Shown here one piece after another: positions 56,939 through 64,000 of a stretch of DNA of 64,000 nt. The notes beneath the pieces were generated by a model. That model ran no database searches. It had not been told where the DNA came from and was given only the letters and a program-made list of their open reading frames with translations. Where the stretch lies: IMG/VR virus record IMGVR_UViG_3300032303_001313, positions 17,172 through 81,171 of that record. One strand, given 5' to 3'. Position numbers and translations under genes: made by a program. Every line of letters begins with the position of its first letter. Within the stretch, counting starts at the first letter, position 1. The DNA comes from a virus (lineage: Duplodnaviria; Heunggongvirae; Uroviricota; Caudoviricetes).

Positions 56939-57768
56939 TTTAATATTTCCTCTATGATTTTTACTCTATTTTTATAGGTATGGTATTTTGCCAATCCCAA
57001 AGCCGATATCTCTATACTTTTTCTAAAATCTTCTTCATTAAGGGCAGTTTTTATTTTTTCTAACATTTCATTCTCTGTATGATAAATTAAGCAATTAACT
57101 TTATCCCTTAGTCCTAATATCTCATAATGTCTATTATAACTTGTTAGTAAGCACGTTCCGCATCCAATAGTCTCAAAGTTTCTATAATTAATGTCAATAG
57201 ATATATTTGCGTTAAAATGTATCTTATATGAATTGATAGACTTTACCATACTATCACCAAGAACAAAAATATCTTTGCGTATACCAAATTGTCTGTCAAT
57301 AGAATCTATCAAATATCCACGATTATTTATATTGCCACAAAAACCGATATTATGTTCCTTTTTGACTGATAATGGTTTGATCATATCATCGTCATAACAG
57401 TTTGGAAACCATACGCTATTATCGGTAAGAAATTCTGGTGTCGATTGTAATATGAGATCATACTTACCATTTTTGAATGTTTCTAGATAACTATTCAAAC
57501 CTTTACAGTGAGCATCTATAGCCCATATAAACTTTGTGGTTTTAGCCGAACTTAAATCTGGAACCCATCCGGTTTCATCATAGTTTTCGATGTTTATAAT
57601 CAAATCATACGAATTCCAATCCGGCGTGTCTTGATAGTTGCTATGTCCCAACCCCCAAACAGATGCTTCGTGTCCATGAAATTCAAATGCTCTTTTTAGA
57701 GACATACATTCTCTATACTCAACATTTTCCTTGTGTCTACTGTGTTCTTGTATAATTATTGTTTTCAT
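56935..57768 (-). CDS. Glycosyltransferase, CgeB-like GT-B family
   Basis: IGFCGN...R; YKI.FN.....DINYRNFE..GCGTCLLT motif. Confidence 0.8.
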   Translation of the reverse strand: MKTIIIQEHSRHKENVEYRECMSLKRAFEFHGHEASVWGLGHSNYQDTPDWNSYDLIINIENYDETGWVPDLSSAKTTKFIWAIDAHCKGLNSYLETFKNGKYDLILQSTPEFLTDNSVWFPNCYDDDMIKPLSVKKEHNIGFCGNINNRGYLIDSIDRQFGIRKDIFVLGDSMVKSINSYKIHFNANISIDINYRNFETIGCGTCLLTSYNRHYEILGLRDKVNCLIYHTENEMLEKIKTALNEEDFRKSIEISALGLAKYHTYKNRVKIIEEILK

Positions 57769-57770
57769 TG

Positions 57771-58376
57771 TTAATTAAGTAAGGAGTTATTAATAAATAT
57801 AGATTCTTTTATATATCTTTTGGGGGGATTTTCTGACTCTCTTATCACCTCTGTATATCCAAAAGATTCTATTTTTTTTATACAAGAAAGGGTATCTTGT
57901 ATTGTGAACATATTACCAAGCCAGTGATGCCATTCTATACATACTTGATCAACATTTAGAGATTTAAGTGAGTCTATACATGAATATTCTGATCCTTCAA
58001 TATCCATCTTTAAAATTGATATATCATATTGACTAAGTATGTCATTTAATAACACCGTATCAAATGTTGATCCACCTCCGCTGTCTATAATTGAAGAGGC
58101 TTCTCCACCTATGCATATTTGTTGATTTACTCCATATAAGGCTTTATCTATATAGATGTATCTATTTTTAAACTGTTCTGGTATATTCTTTACACTGTTT
58201 TTGGATGCGTCAGTTGGATCGATCCCAATTATTTTAATAGTATCATCTAATTCTAATAATCCTAGATCAAATGTTATATCGTGAGCCAAGCCTGCGGATA
58301 AAATAAAACTATTCTTCCGTATTAAACTCGTATCTATTATCCAACCTCCCCAGCCAGACCCTATTTTTGTGAGCAT
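57771..58376 (-). CDS. FkbM-family methyltransferase
   Basis: ILSAG...DITFD, IIGIDPT, ILKMDIEGSEY, QVCIEWH. Confidence 0.8.
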   Translation of the reverse strand: MLTKIGSGWGGWIIDTSLIRKNSFILSAGLAHDITFDLGLLELDDTIKIIGIDPTDASKNSVKNIPEQFKNRYIYIDKALYGVNQQICIGGEASSIIDSGGGSTFDTVLLNDILSQYDISILKMDIEGSEYSCIDSLKSLNVDQVCIEWHHWLGNMFTIQDTLSCIKKIESFGYTEVIRESENPPKRYIKESIFINNSLLN

Positions 58377-58378
58377 AA

Positions 58379-58999
58379 TTATTCAGATTTTCTAACAAAA
58401 AATGTGTTTCCACCAGTTTCTGCATACTTAACGTAGTTTATATTATCCATAAATTCGTTAAGAGTAATAATATCCATACTATGTTCTACGCATATTAATG
58501 ATGGTCTATTTTTTGTCCAATCATTTGATGATAATACTTCTATATCTACACCTTCAACATCTATTGATAAAAAATCGACGCTATCACAATTTTTCAGTAT
58601 ATTATTCAATGTTATAGTATTGATTTTGACTACTTCTTTATACTTATCCCCATGCCTATTGGTAATATGTTCTTTAAAGTCTTTAGACATAGTTGAGACT
58701 GATCCATCTATACCACTAGAATATAGATAAAAATCTAGTTCAGTTTCTATATTAAAACATCCATAGTTTAGCAATTCTATATTGTGGTTGTATTGATAAA
58801 TTCTTTTTAGGCTTTCGAAATATTCTGGATGCGGTTCTACCAATATTCCAGACCAAGATTTGCTTTCTATTAGATATCTTGAATTAGAATATGTTATACC
58901 ATCCATAGCACCAATATCTACTAAAAATCCATTTTTTTTATCTCCAAAAAACTGAGATAATATTGTTTCTTCGCCATACTGAGAATAGAAATTATGCAT
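58379..58999 (-). CDS. FkbM-family methyltransferase
   Basis: YSQYGEE, GFLVDIGA.DG.TYSNS, WSGILVEP, DFLSIDVEG. Confidence 0.9.
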   Translation of the reverse strand: MHNFYSQYGEETILSQFFGDKKNGFLVDIGAMDGITYSNSRYLIESKSWSGILVEPHPEYFESLKRIYQYNHNIELLNYGCFNIETELDFYLYSSGIDGSVSTMSKDFKEHITNRHGDKYKEVVKINTITLNNILKNCDSVDFLSIDVEGVDIEVLSSNDWTKNRPSLICVEHSMDIITLNEFMDNINYVKYAETGGNTFFVRKSE

Positions 59000-59013
59000 A
59001 ATTTATCTTTCTA

Positions 59014-59652
59014 TTAGTTGAATTGCGGAATATCATTTTCATTATATACTTGTCCAACAAAATATGATCCGGTTCGTTGGATAGCATTAATTGGAAAAGG
59101 TTTTAGTTCAAAGAATTCGTCATGAACCATAGCCCTATCTTTAACAGACGGATAAATCATTTCTTTAAGAAAATTTTGATCAACTTGATATTGATTATCA
59201 TACTCTCTCTTATCATAGTCTTCTATCATCTTTGAAATCCCTTTTATGATACCATTTCTACATCCCCATGCACATCCGAGTATTTCGATCCTATGATATG
59301 GGTGATCTCTCATTATATGAAAGTCTTTGTCACTATTGAGCCATTCTTCTACTGCTGCCTTTTCTCTATAATTTAGTCTACTATCAGTATCTCTACAAAT
59401 ATAAATGTCATCAGAATCTGCACCCAAAAATCTCCACATCATACCGTTCCAACCAGTATCATTCATAAGTTGAATTTCAGCATCTAGAGACTTAAGTTGT
59501 TCAATAATATCTATAGGGACATCATTTCCAACATAGAATCTACACTTCCAATCTGGATATATTGTCTTTGCTAATTCTGCATTCTTTACAGCCCCAATTG
59601 TATATTTTGGATTATTTCCCCATAATGAGAAACATATTATTTTATTAGTCAT
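59014..59652 (-). CDS. Putative GT-A glycosyltransferase
   Basis: FSLWG....Y..GA..N.....IYPDW..RFY; MMWRFL; RDTDSR (DxD-like); FHIMRDHP.H. Confidence 0.65.
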   Translation of the reverse strand: MTNKIICFSLWGNNPKYTIGAVKNAELAKTIYPDWKCRFYVGNDVPIDIIEQLKSLDAEIQLMNDTGWNGMMWRFLGADSDDIYICRDTDSRLNYREKAAVEEWLNSDKDFHIMRDHPYHRIEILGCAWGCRNGIIKGISKMIEDYDKREYDNQYQVDQNFLKEMIYPSVKDRAMVHDEFFELKPFPINAIQRTGSYFVGQVYNENDIPQFN

Positions 59653-60355
59653 TTGTTATCCTATCTTTTGGAAATCCAAGTTCTTTTCTTTTCTGAAAAA
59701 CTAATCCATCTCTACCAGAATAATATAGTGTTTTTTGAGCAGCAAAATCAAAATCTCCAGAATTGATATTACCCTCTCTTGAATAATGTTCATGTGATAT
59801 AATCACATTATTCATATATTTTACTTTATTAAGCCTATAAACTTCTTGCGTAAATTCATCATCGCAGTATAGACTTTTATAGTCTGGATGATAAATATAT
59901 CCAAAGTAATCATATAGTTTTTTACCCATTATCGATAGTGTAATTAGATTACTTTTTGTATACCCATCATTAAAGTGTAAGCATCCATCTGTGTCGGGAA
60001 ATGTTTGCTCCATATTAGTGACTATGATATCATCCCAGTTATATTTTATTGGTATCATATCATCGGACAAGCATATCACAATATCAAATTTTTTATCTTT
60101 TATGTGATCATTTATAGCACTAATTTTATTGGTATTCCTATCAAAGTTTAAACTTACATCTAACTTTGTATTAGATTTGAATAATTTTAATATTTCATAT
60201 AACATTTCTGGATTATTCATTGTTTTATCTTCATAGTCACAATTGATATTAAAATGAATTTCTCTCTTGTCGCTATGTTTATCAATATATTTCTTAACAC
60301 AATTTAGAAACTTTTCTGGTCTTCCTAGTGTTGGAAATTGTACTAACATCTTCAT
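59645..60355 (-). CDS. GT2-like glycosyltransferase
   Basis: FPT.GRP.KF, KISAIN, DIVICLSDDM, YCDDEF, H.H pattern. Confidence 0.75.
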   Translation of the reverse strand: MKMLVQFPTLGRPEKFLNCVKKYIDKHSDKREIHFNINCDYEDKTMNNPEMLYEILKLFKSNTKLDVSLNFDRNTNKISAINDHIKDKKFDIVICLSDDMIPIKYNWDDIIVTNMEQTFPDTDGCLHFNDGYTKSNLITLSIMGKKLYDYFGYIYHPDYKSLYCDDEFTQEVYRLNKVKYMNNVIISHEHYSREGNINSGDFDFAAQKTLYYSGRDGLVFQKRKELGFPKDRITND

Positions 60356-61161
60356 ATTTCACCTATCTTATTTTCAATCTTTTGAACTAAATCATTACAA
60401 GACAAGAAAGACATTAGCGATTTAGTTCTATTTAGACAAGTATGCTTCTTCTTGACTGATGATAGGAATTTCTCGCCCTTGAAAATATTGCTTAATAGAT
60501 CGGTGTCTTTTTGAACATCAAAGATTGTCTTTACATCGCTATAGATAGCGTCAAAAGATACTTGCGAGCCTATGTAAGACTTACTGAATACTATTTGATC
60601 ATAACATTTGAATATGGAGTTGAGTCCAAAGATTGGTAGTACAAAATCTACCTTATTATGCAATTCTGGCACTGTGGTTGTGAAGTGGTATGTACCATCT
60701 TGTTCAACCAATTGATCTTCTGAGTCTATGAAAATTAACTTGTCGATCTTGAAGTTTGCTTTAGTTCTATTAACAAATATATCTGCGGCGGGCAGAAGGT
60801 TTAAAAACTTGAACTTATACTGACTTGCCCAAGAAACATACCCGTAGTATGATGCTATTATACCGTTTGACTCTAGGCTGTCAACCACTTCTTTTACTTT
60901 GCTGGCATCTTTTTCTTCAATACCGCTTAAGCAAATTACTAGTTTGATCTTGGTATCTTTGATGTAAGAAACAATATCTCTAGAAAGGTGAGTAAAGTGG
61001 GTTATGAATATATCGGGCTTTACAATATCAAAGTTATCATAAGCACTCTTATTTGGATCATAAATTGCTGATATATTGTCCTCAACCGTATTTAGAGAAC
61101 CATTAAGATATAATGCTTCTGTATTCCAATAAGAACTGTAGTTAGAAATTAAGAATTTCAT
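60352..61161 (-). CDS. Hypothetical protein, possible degenerate GT-B
   Basis: AAGGA RBS; KPDIFITH and C-terminal HT..NR motif resemble GT-B proteins. Confidence 0.45.
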   Translation of the reverse strand: MKFLISNYSSYWNTEALYLNGSLNTVEDNISAIYDPNKSAYDNFDIVKPDIFITHFTHLSRDIVSYIKDTKIKLVICLSGIEEKDASKVKEVVDSLESNGIIASYYGYVSWASQYKFKFLNLLPAADIFVNRTKANFKIDKLIFIDSEDQLVEQDGTYHFTTTVPELHNKVDFVLPIFGLNSIFKCYDQIVFSKSYIGSQVSFDAIYSDVKTIFDVQKDTDLLSNIFKGEKFLSSVKKKHTCLNRTKSLMSFLSCNDLVQKIENKIGEI

Positions 61162-61861
61162 GGTTTTCCTTTATATGATGATATGTCTTTATGTTGTTTA
61201 TTTTATGGATTTGGTGGGTATTTTCTATACAATGTATATCGTGCTTTTTCAACAAATCGTTAATAGCCTCAAAAACAAACTTCTTCTTGCTGTCATTGTG
61301 ACTTAAAAACTTACGCATATCCTCAATACTTTCGTATCCGTTAACAAAGAATACTTCTGACCATGTTTGGTAAGCCCCAAAAGAAAAATACTGGGCTTTG
61401 TTTTCATCGTCAATATTGATGCCTATTTCCAAGTTTTCTATAGGATTCTTTTCCATCAGTACGCAGTTTTTAGAAGTATCAACGCATAGAAGTGCTTTAT
61501 GACTGATTAGTAGATTTCCGTCCATAAATAGGATTTTGTCATTTAAGGTATTGTTAATGGATAATCTTGCACCTTCGCATGAATTACAAGAATTAAACAT
61601 CTGATTTTCTACTATACGAATATTTAGTTTAGAGTATTTAGCCCTTATATACTTTGTAATCTTATCAGCATCAAAACCTACACATAAAACGATTTCATAT
61701 TGACTGAAAGCCTTTTTGATAGCACTTATCTGTAAGTCTAAAAGGTGATTATCTTTAATCTTTATCAAAGACGTAGGCCCGTAAGACTTCATTCTATATC
61801 CGGGTAGATCGCATAGTATTGCTACCGTGATCAAATCGTTATTTATTTTCTTTCGATTCAC
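61142..61861 (-). CDS. Nucleotidyltransferase (LicC/MobA/NTP_transf-like)
   Basis: G.RMKSYGP.SLI.I....LLD.QI; LCVGF.A; EN......NS; LFMDG.L. GTG start at 61861 preferred over TTG 61882. Confidence 0.7.
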   Translation of the reverse strand: MNRKKINNDLITVAILCDLPGYRMKSYGPTSLIKIKDNHLLDLQISAIKKAFSQYEIVLCVGFDADKITKYIRAKYSKLNIRIVENQMFNSCNSCEGARLSINNTLNDKILFMDGNLLISHKALLCVDTSKNCVLMEKNPIENLEIGINIDDENKAQYFSFGAYQTWSEVFFVNGYESIEDMRKFLSHNDSKKKFVFEAINDLLKKHDIHCIENTHQIHKINNIKTYHHIKENHEILNF

Positions 61862-62609
61862 AGTTTTCTTCCAAATTGACAAAAAGGTTAAAATTCTTTA
61901 CACTTTCAACCATTTGCGGGAATATAGCATCATATTCAAAATACAGTGCTGGATACATCATTTTGAAGGCTAGGCTTGAAATTGCTGTTAATTTATTGTA
62001 GGTGAATATAAGCCCGCCCCTTAGTTCGTCATTTACATACTCATTAATCTTGTGCAAGAATAAGTTGATATTATCTATGTTTTCTATATTGCAATTTATA
62101 TGGTTAGTACTATCGTTTCCCATTATATGGTTAGTAATGCAGACATCTTTTTGCAAATACATAGCAACTTCTGTGTTCTTATTGTTTTGAAAGTGGTGTA
62201 ATACATCATATCTTTCAGAAGATGTTGCAGATAAAGGGAATAGGATTAAGAAACGTAGTTTGTTTTCTGGATAGTCTATATTCTTAATTACTTGAGCAAT
62301 ATGGTTGATATTTTCCTTACTACAATCTTCTAGGTGAACAATAATATCGAATGATAAACTTGATTGCTGTTTTGCTAATTCAAGGTCTTTCACTCCATTA
62401 TTCCACGTTGGTAGTCTGTATAGGTTGCATAATCTTTTGATTACATAGAACTTATGAGTATCATCGTAAGCAGCAACAACTTGATTCTCTTTTTTCAAGA
62501 ACTTTTCAAGCCTATTAGCATCACACCCAGTTTGTGTATCGCCCTCATATTGGGCAAATATACAATTTTTGCAACTAGTTTCAACTATTTCTTGAGGCGT
62601 AGATTTCAT
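61839..62609 (-). CDS. Hypothetical protein with N-terminal Cys cluster
   Basis: CKNC...C...C motif followed by an alpha/beta domain. Confidence 0.55.
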   Translation of the reverse strand: MKSTPQEIVETSCKNCIFAQYEGDTQTGCDANRLEKFLKKENQVVAAYDDTHKFYVIKRLCNLYRLPTWNNGVKDLELAKQQSSLSFDIIVHLEDCSKENINHIAQVIKNIDYPENKLRFLILFPLSATSSERYDVLHHFQNNKNTEVAMYLQKDVCITNHIMGNDSTNHINCNIENIDNINLFLHKINEYVNDELRGGLIFTYNKLTAISSLAFKMMYPALYFEYDAIFPQMVESVKNFNLFVNLEENCESKENK

Positions 62610-62997
62610 ACAACGCTCCTTTTAGTGTAACCTTATCAATCTGTAATCCTAATGCTAAAAGTTTGTCTGTGAGGTCTTTAACATCATGAATGGATTTTCT
62701 GGCGTATAATGCTTGATTTAATTCTTCTATCTTTACTAATCTATTTATCAAATCCCTACTTAAACAGTTTGCATCGACTCCGCTGATAAATACTTTACCA
62801 TTAAGTCTCAAGAGTTTGCGTACTTTCGCAAGACTGTCTTGCAATCTATTATAAGGTATTTGTTCTAAAGTCCCCGGTAGTAGTATCGATTCTACTGAAT
62901 TATCTGGAATATCAATATCGATACCAGATTCATCTATAATAATAGGGTTATGACCGTCAACACAGTCTTGAATATCGGTTAGAAAGTGGATTTTCAT
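62581..62997 (-). CDS. Truncated class I SAM methyltransferase-like protein
   Basis: IPDNSVESI.....LE......L.....LLR.NG.V.I motif; lacks a clear motif I. Confidence 0.6.
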   Translation of the reverse strand: MKIHFLTDIQDCVDGHNPIIIDESGIDIDIPDNSVESILLPGTLEQIPYNRLQDSLAKVRKLLRLNGKVFISGVDANCLSRDLINRLVKIEELNQALYARKSIHDVKDLTDKLLALGLQIDKVTLKGALYEIYASRNS

Positions 62998-63986
62998 TTT
63001 GATGATACCTCGTATACTTGATTAAAAACATTATTCCAATTGTCTACAAAGTTCTGAATATTGAACTTACTTAGTATTGTTTCTCTTGCCTTATTACCAA
63101 TATTAACTCTTAATTCTGGATCATTAAGTAGAGTATCTATGTATTTTCTTAACTCACCTTCATCATTTGAGATAAAGCCGTTAACACCATTCTTGATTAT
63201 TTCTGGAATCATACAGGTTGCGGTAGAAACTACAGCACAACCACATGACATAGCCTCTAATAATGAGGTTGGTATTGGGCTTAATGTTGAACTATTAAAG
63301 TAAACTAAGCATGAATTATATTCATCTACTAATTCTAACACAGAAGAGGCTGGTTTTGATAGACCTTCTGTTTCTCCAACAACCCTTACTTTTAATCCTT
63401 CTGTAACTCTTTTCCAACCATTAAAGTTAAGACAATAATCACGATTAATGAAATCATTTGCAATAGTCAAAACCGATCCATTTTTATCACTATCATTTGG
63501 GGCGAATAAGTTATGATCTACTCCGTGATGGATTACCTCTCCTATTAAACCCCAAGACTTTTGAGAATATTCAGATATAAATATGTTAACATCGCCAAGC
63601 ATTTGACGCATACTATTTATCTGCTCAATATTCATTACGTTTGGGGTTGGCAGAGTATGTTCTAAACAAATAATTGGTAAGTTTAGTCTATTGTTTATGT
63701 CTTTGGCTACTTGAAACTGACCAAACTTACTTTGTACTAATATGAAATCATAATCTAAGTAATTACATAGTTGATTTTGTGGTAGTATATGATAGTTACT
63801 TGGAACTGGCGTTTGAGCAAAATTCCATTCTTTCATCCCTTTTATATTCAGAGAATAGAAATTATGACCAGTTTTGCACAACTCTGTTTCATACCTTTCA
63901 TGAGTTGGAAAGGTGAGAATATTGTATTTAGAACGCGGTTGACGATTTGTAATGTCTATGATACGTTCTACGCTATTGTTATACAT
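62994..63986 (-). CDS. GT4-family glycosyltransferase (GT-B)
   Basis: HGVD...F; P.SLLEAMSCG..VVST..C.IPEII..G.NG; F.I..F...W..VF. Confidence 0.9.
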   Translation of the reverse strand: MYNNSVERIIDITNRQPRSKYNILTFPTHERYETELCKTGHNFYSLNIKGMKEWNFAQTPVPSNYHILPQNQLCNYLDYDFILVQSKFGQFQVAKDINNRLNLPIICLEHTLPTPNVMNIEQINSMRQMLGDVNIFISEYSQKSWGLIGEVIHHGVDHNLFAPNDSDKNGSVLTIANDFINRDYCLNFNGWKRVTEGLKVRVVGETEGLSKPASSVLELVDEYNSCLVYFNSSTLSPIPTSLLEAMSCGCAVVSTATCMIPEIIKNGVNGFISNDEGELRKYIDTLLNDPELRVNIGNKARETILSKFNIQNFVDNWNNVFNQVYEVSSK

Positions 63987-64000
63987 TCAACATTTCCTTC

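Noticed and set aside
57771-60355. Low-GC swapped cassette (FkbM x2, GT-A, GT2)
   Set aside because: Sampled lines gave 22-33% GC, but flanking genes also had lines near 27%; hand sampling is insufficient to call an island.
1-64000. Stop-codon reassignment
   Set aside because: Very long ORFs are intact under code 11, and TAA, TAG (12676, 15788) and TGA all end genes cleanly.
1-64000. Giant eukaryotic virus or eukaryotic origin suggested by mucin, FG-GAP and GT genes
   Set aside because: Shine-Dalgarno sites, coupled operons, intrinsic terminators, and HK97-type head plus tape measure gene order indicate a bacteriophage.
1-64000. Diversity-generating retroelement, introns/inteins, tRNAs, integrase
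   Set aside because: No reverse transcriptase, TR/VR pair, splicing motifs, cloverleaf or recombinase recognised by eye. Dedicated scans were not run.

Overview
This window is a segment of a large, AT-rich tailed bacteriophage genome (Caudoviricetes, standard genetic code, probably siphovirus morphotype). It is not a cellular or eukaryotic-virus locus: genes carry AGGAG Shine-Dalgarno sites, overlap at ATGA/TAATG, and follow HK97-like order. The + strand (1-54.2 kb) is a complete virion morphogenesis module: portal, fibre genes, prohead protease/scaffold, head decoration, major capsid, further fibre/adhesin genes including a mucin-like Thr/Cys protein, neck proteins, tail tube, chaperone region, a 2310-aa multidomain tape measure, a 3642-aa FG-GAP/LamG protein and tail-tip proteins. 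The converging - strand (54.3-64 kb) encodes a Rad52-like annealing protein, a Vsr-like endonuclease and an 11-gene glycosyltransferase/methyltransferase/nucleotidyltransferase cluster. Main hypothesis (inference): a phage-encoded virion glycosylation system. Surface-exposed virion proteins are strongly enriched in the Ser-Gly dipeptide (SG about 2.5x GS by hand count) and carry Thr tracts, next to the glycan-building cluster. Second highlight: the tape measure is built as a cassette array with nuclease-like and zincin-like cargo domains. Family assignments come from motif recognition only; no searches were run.
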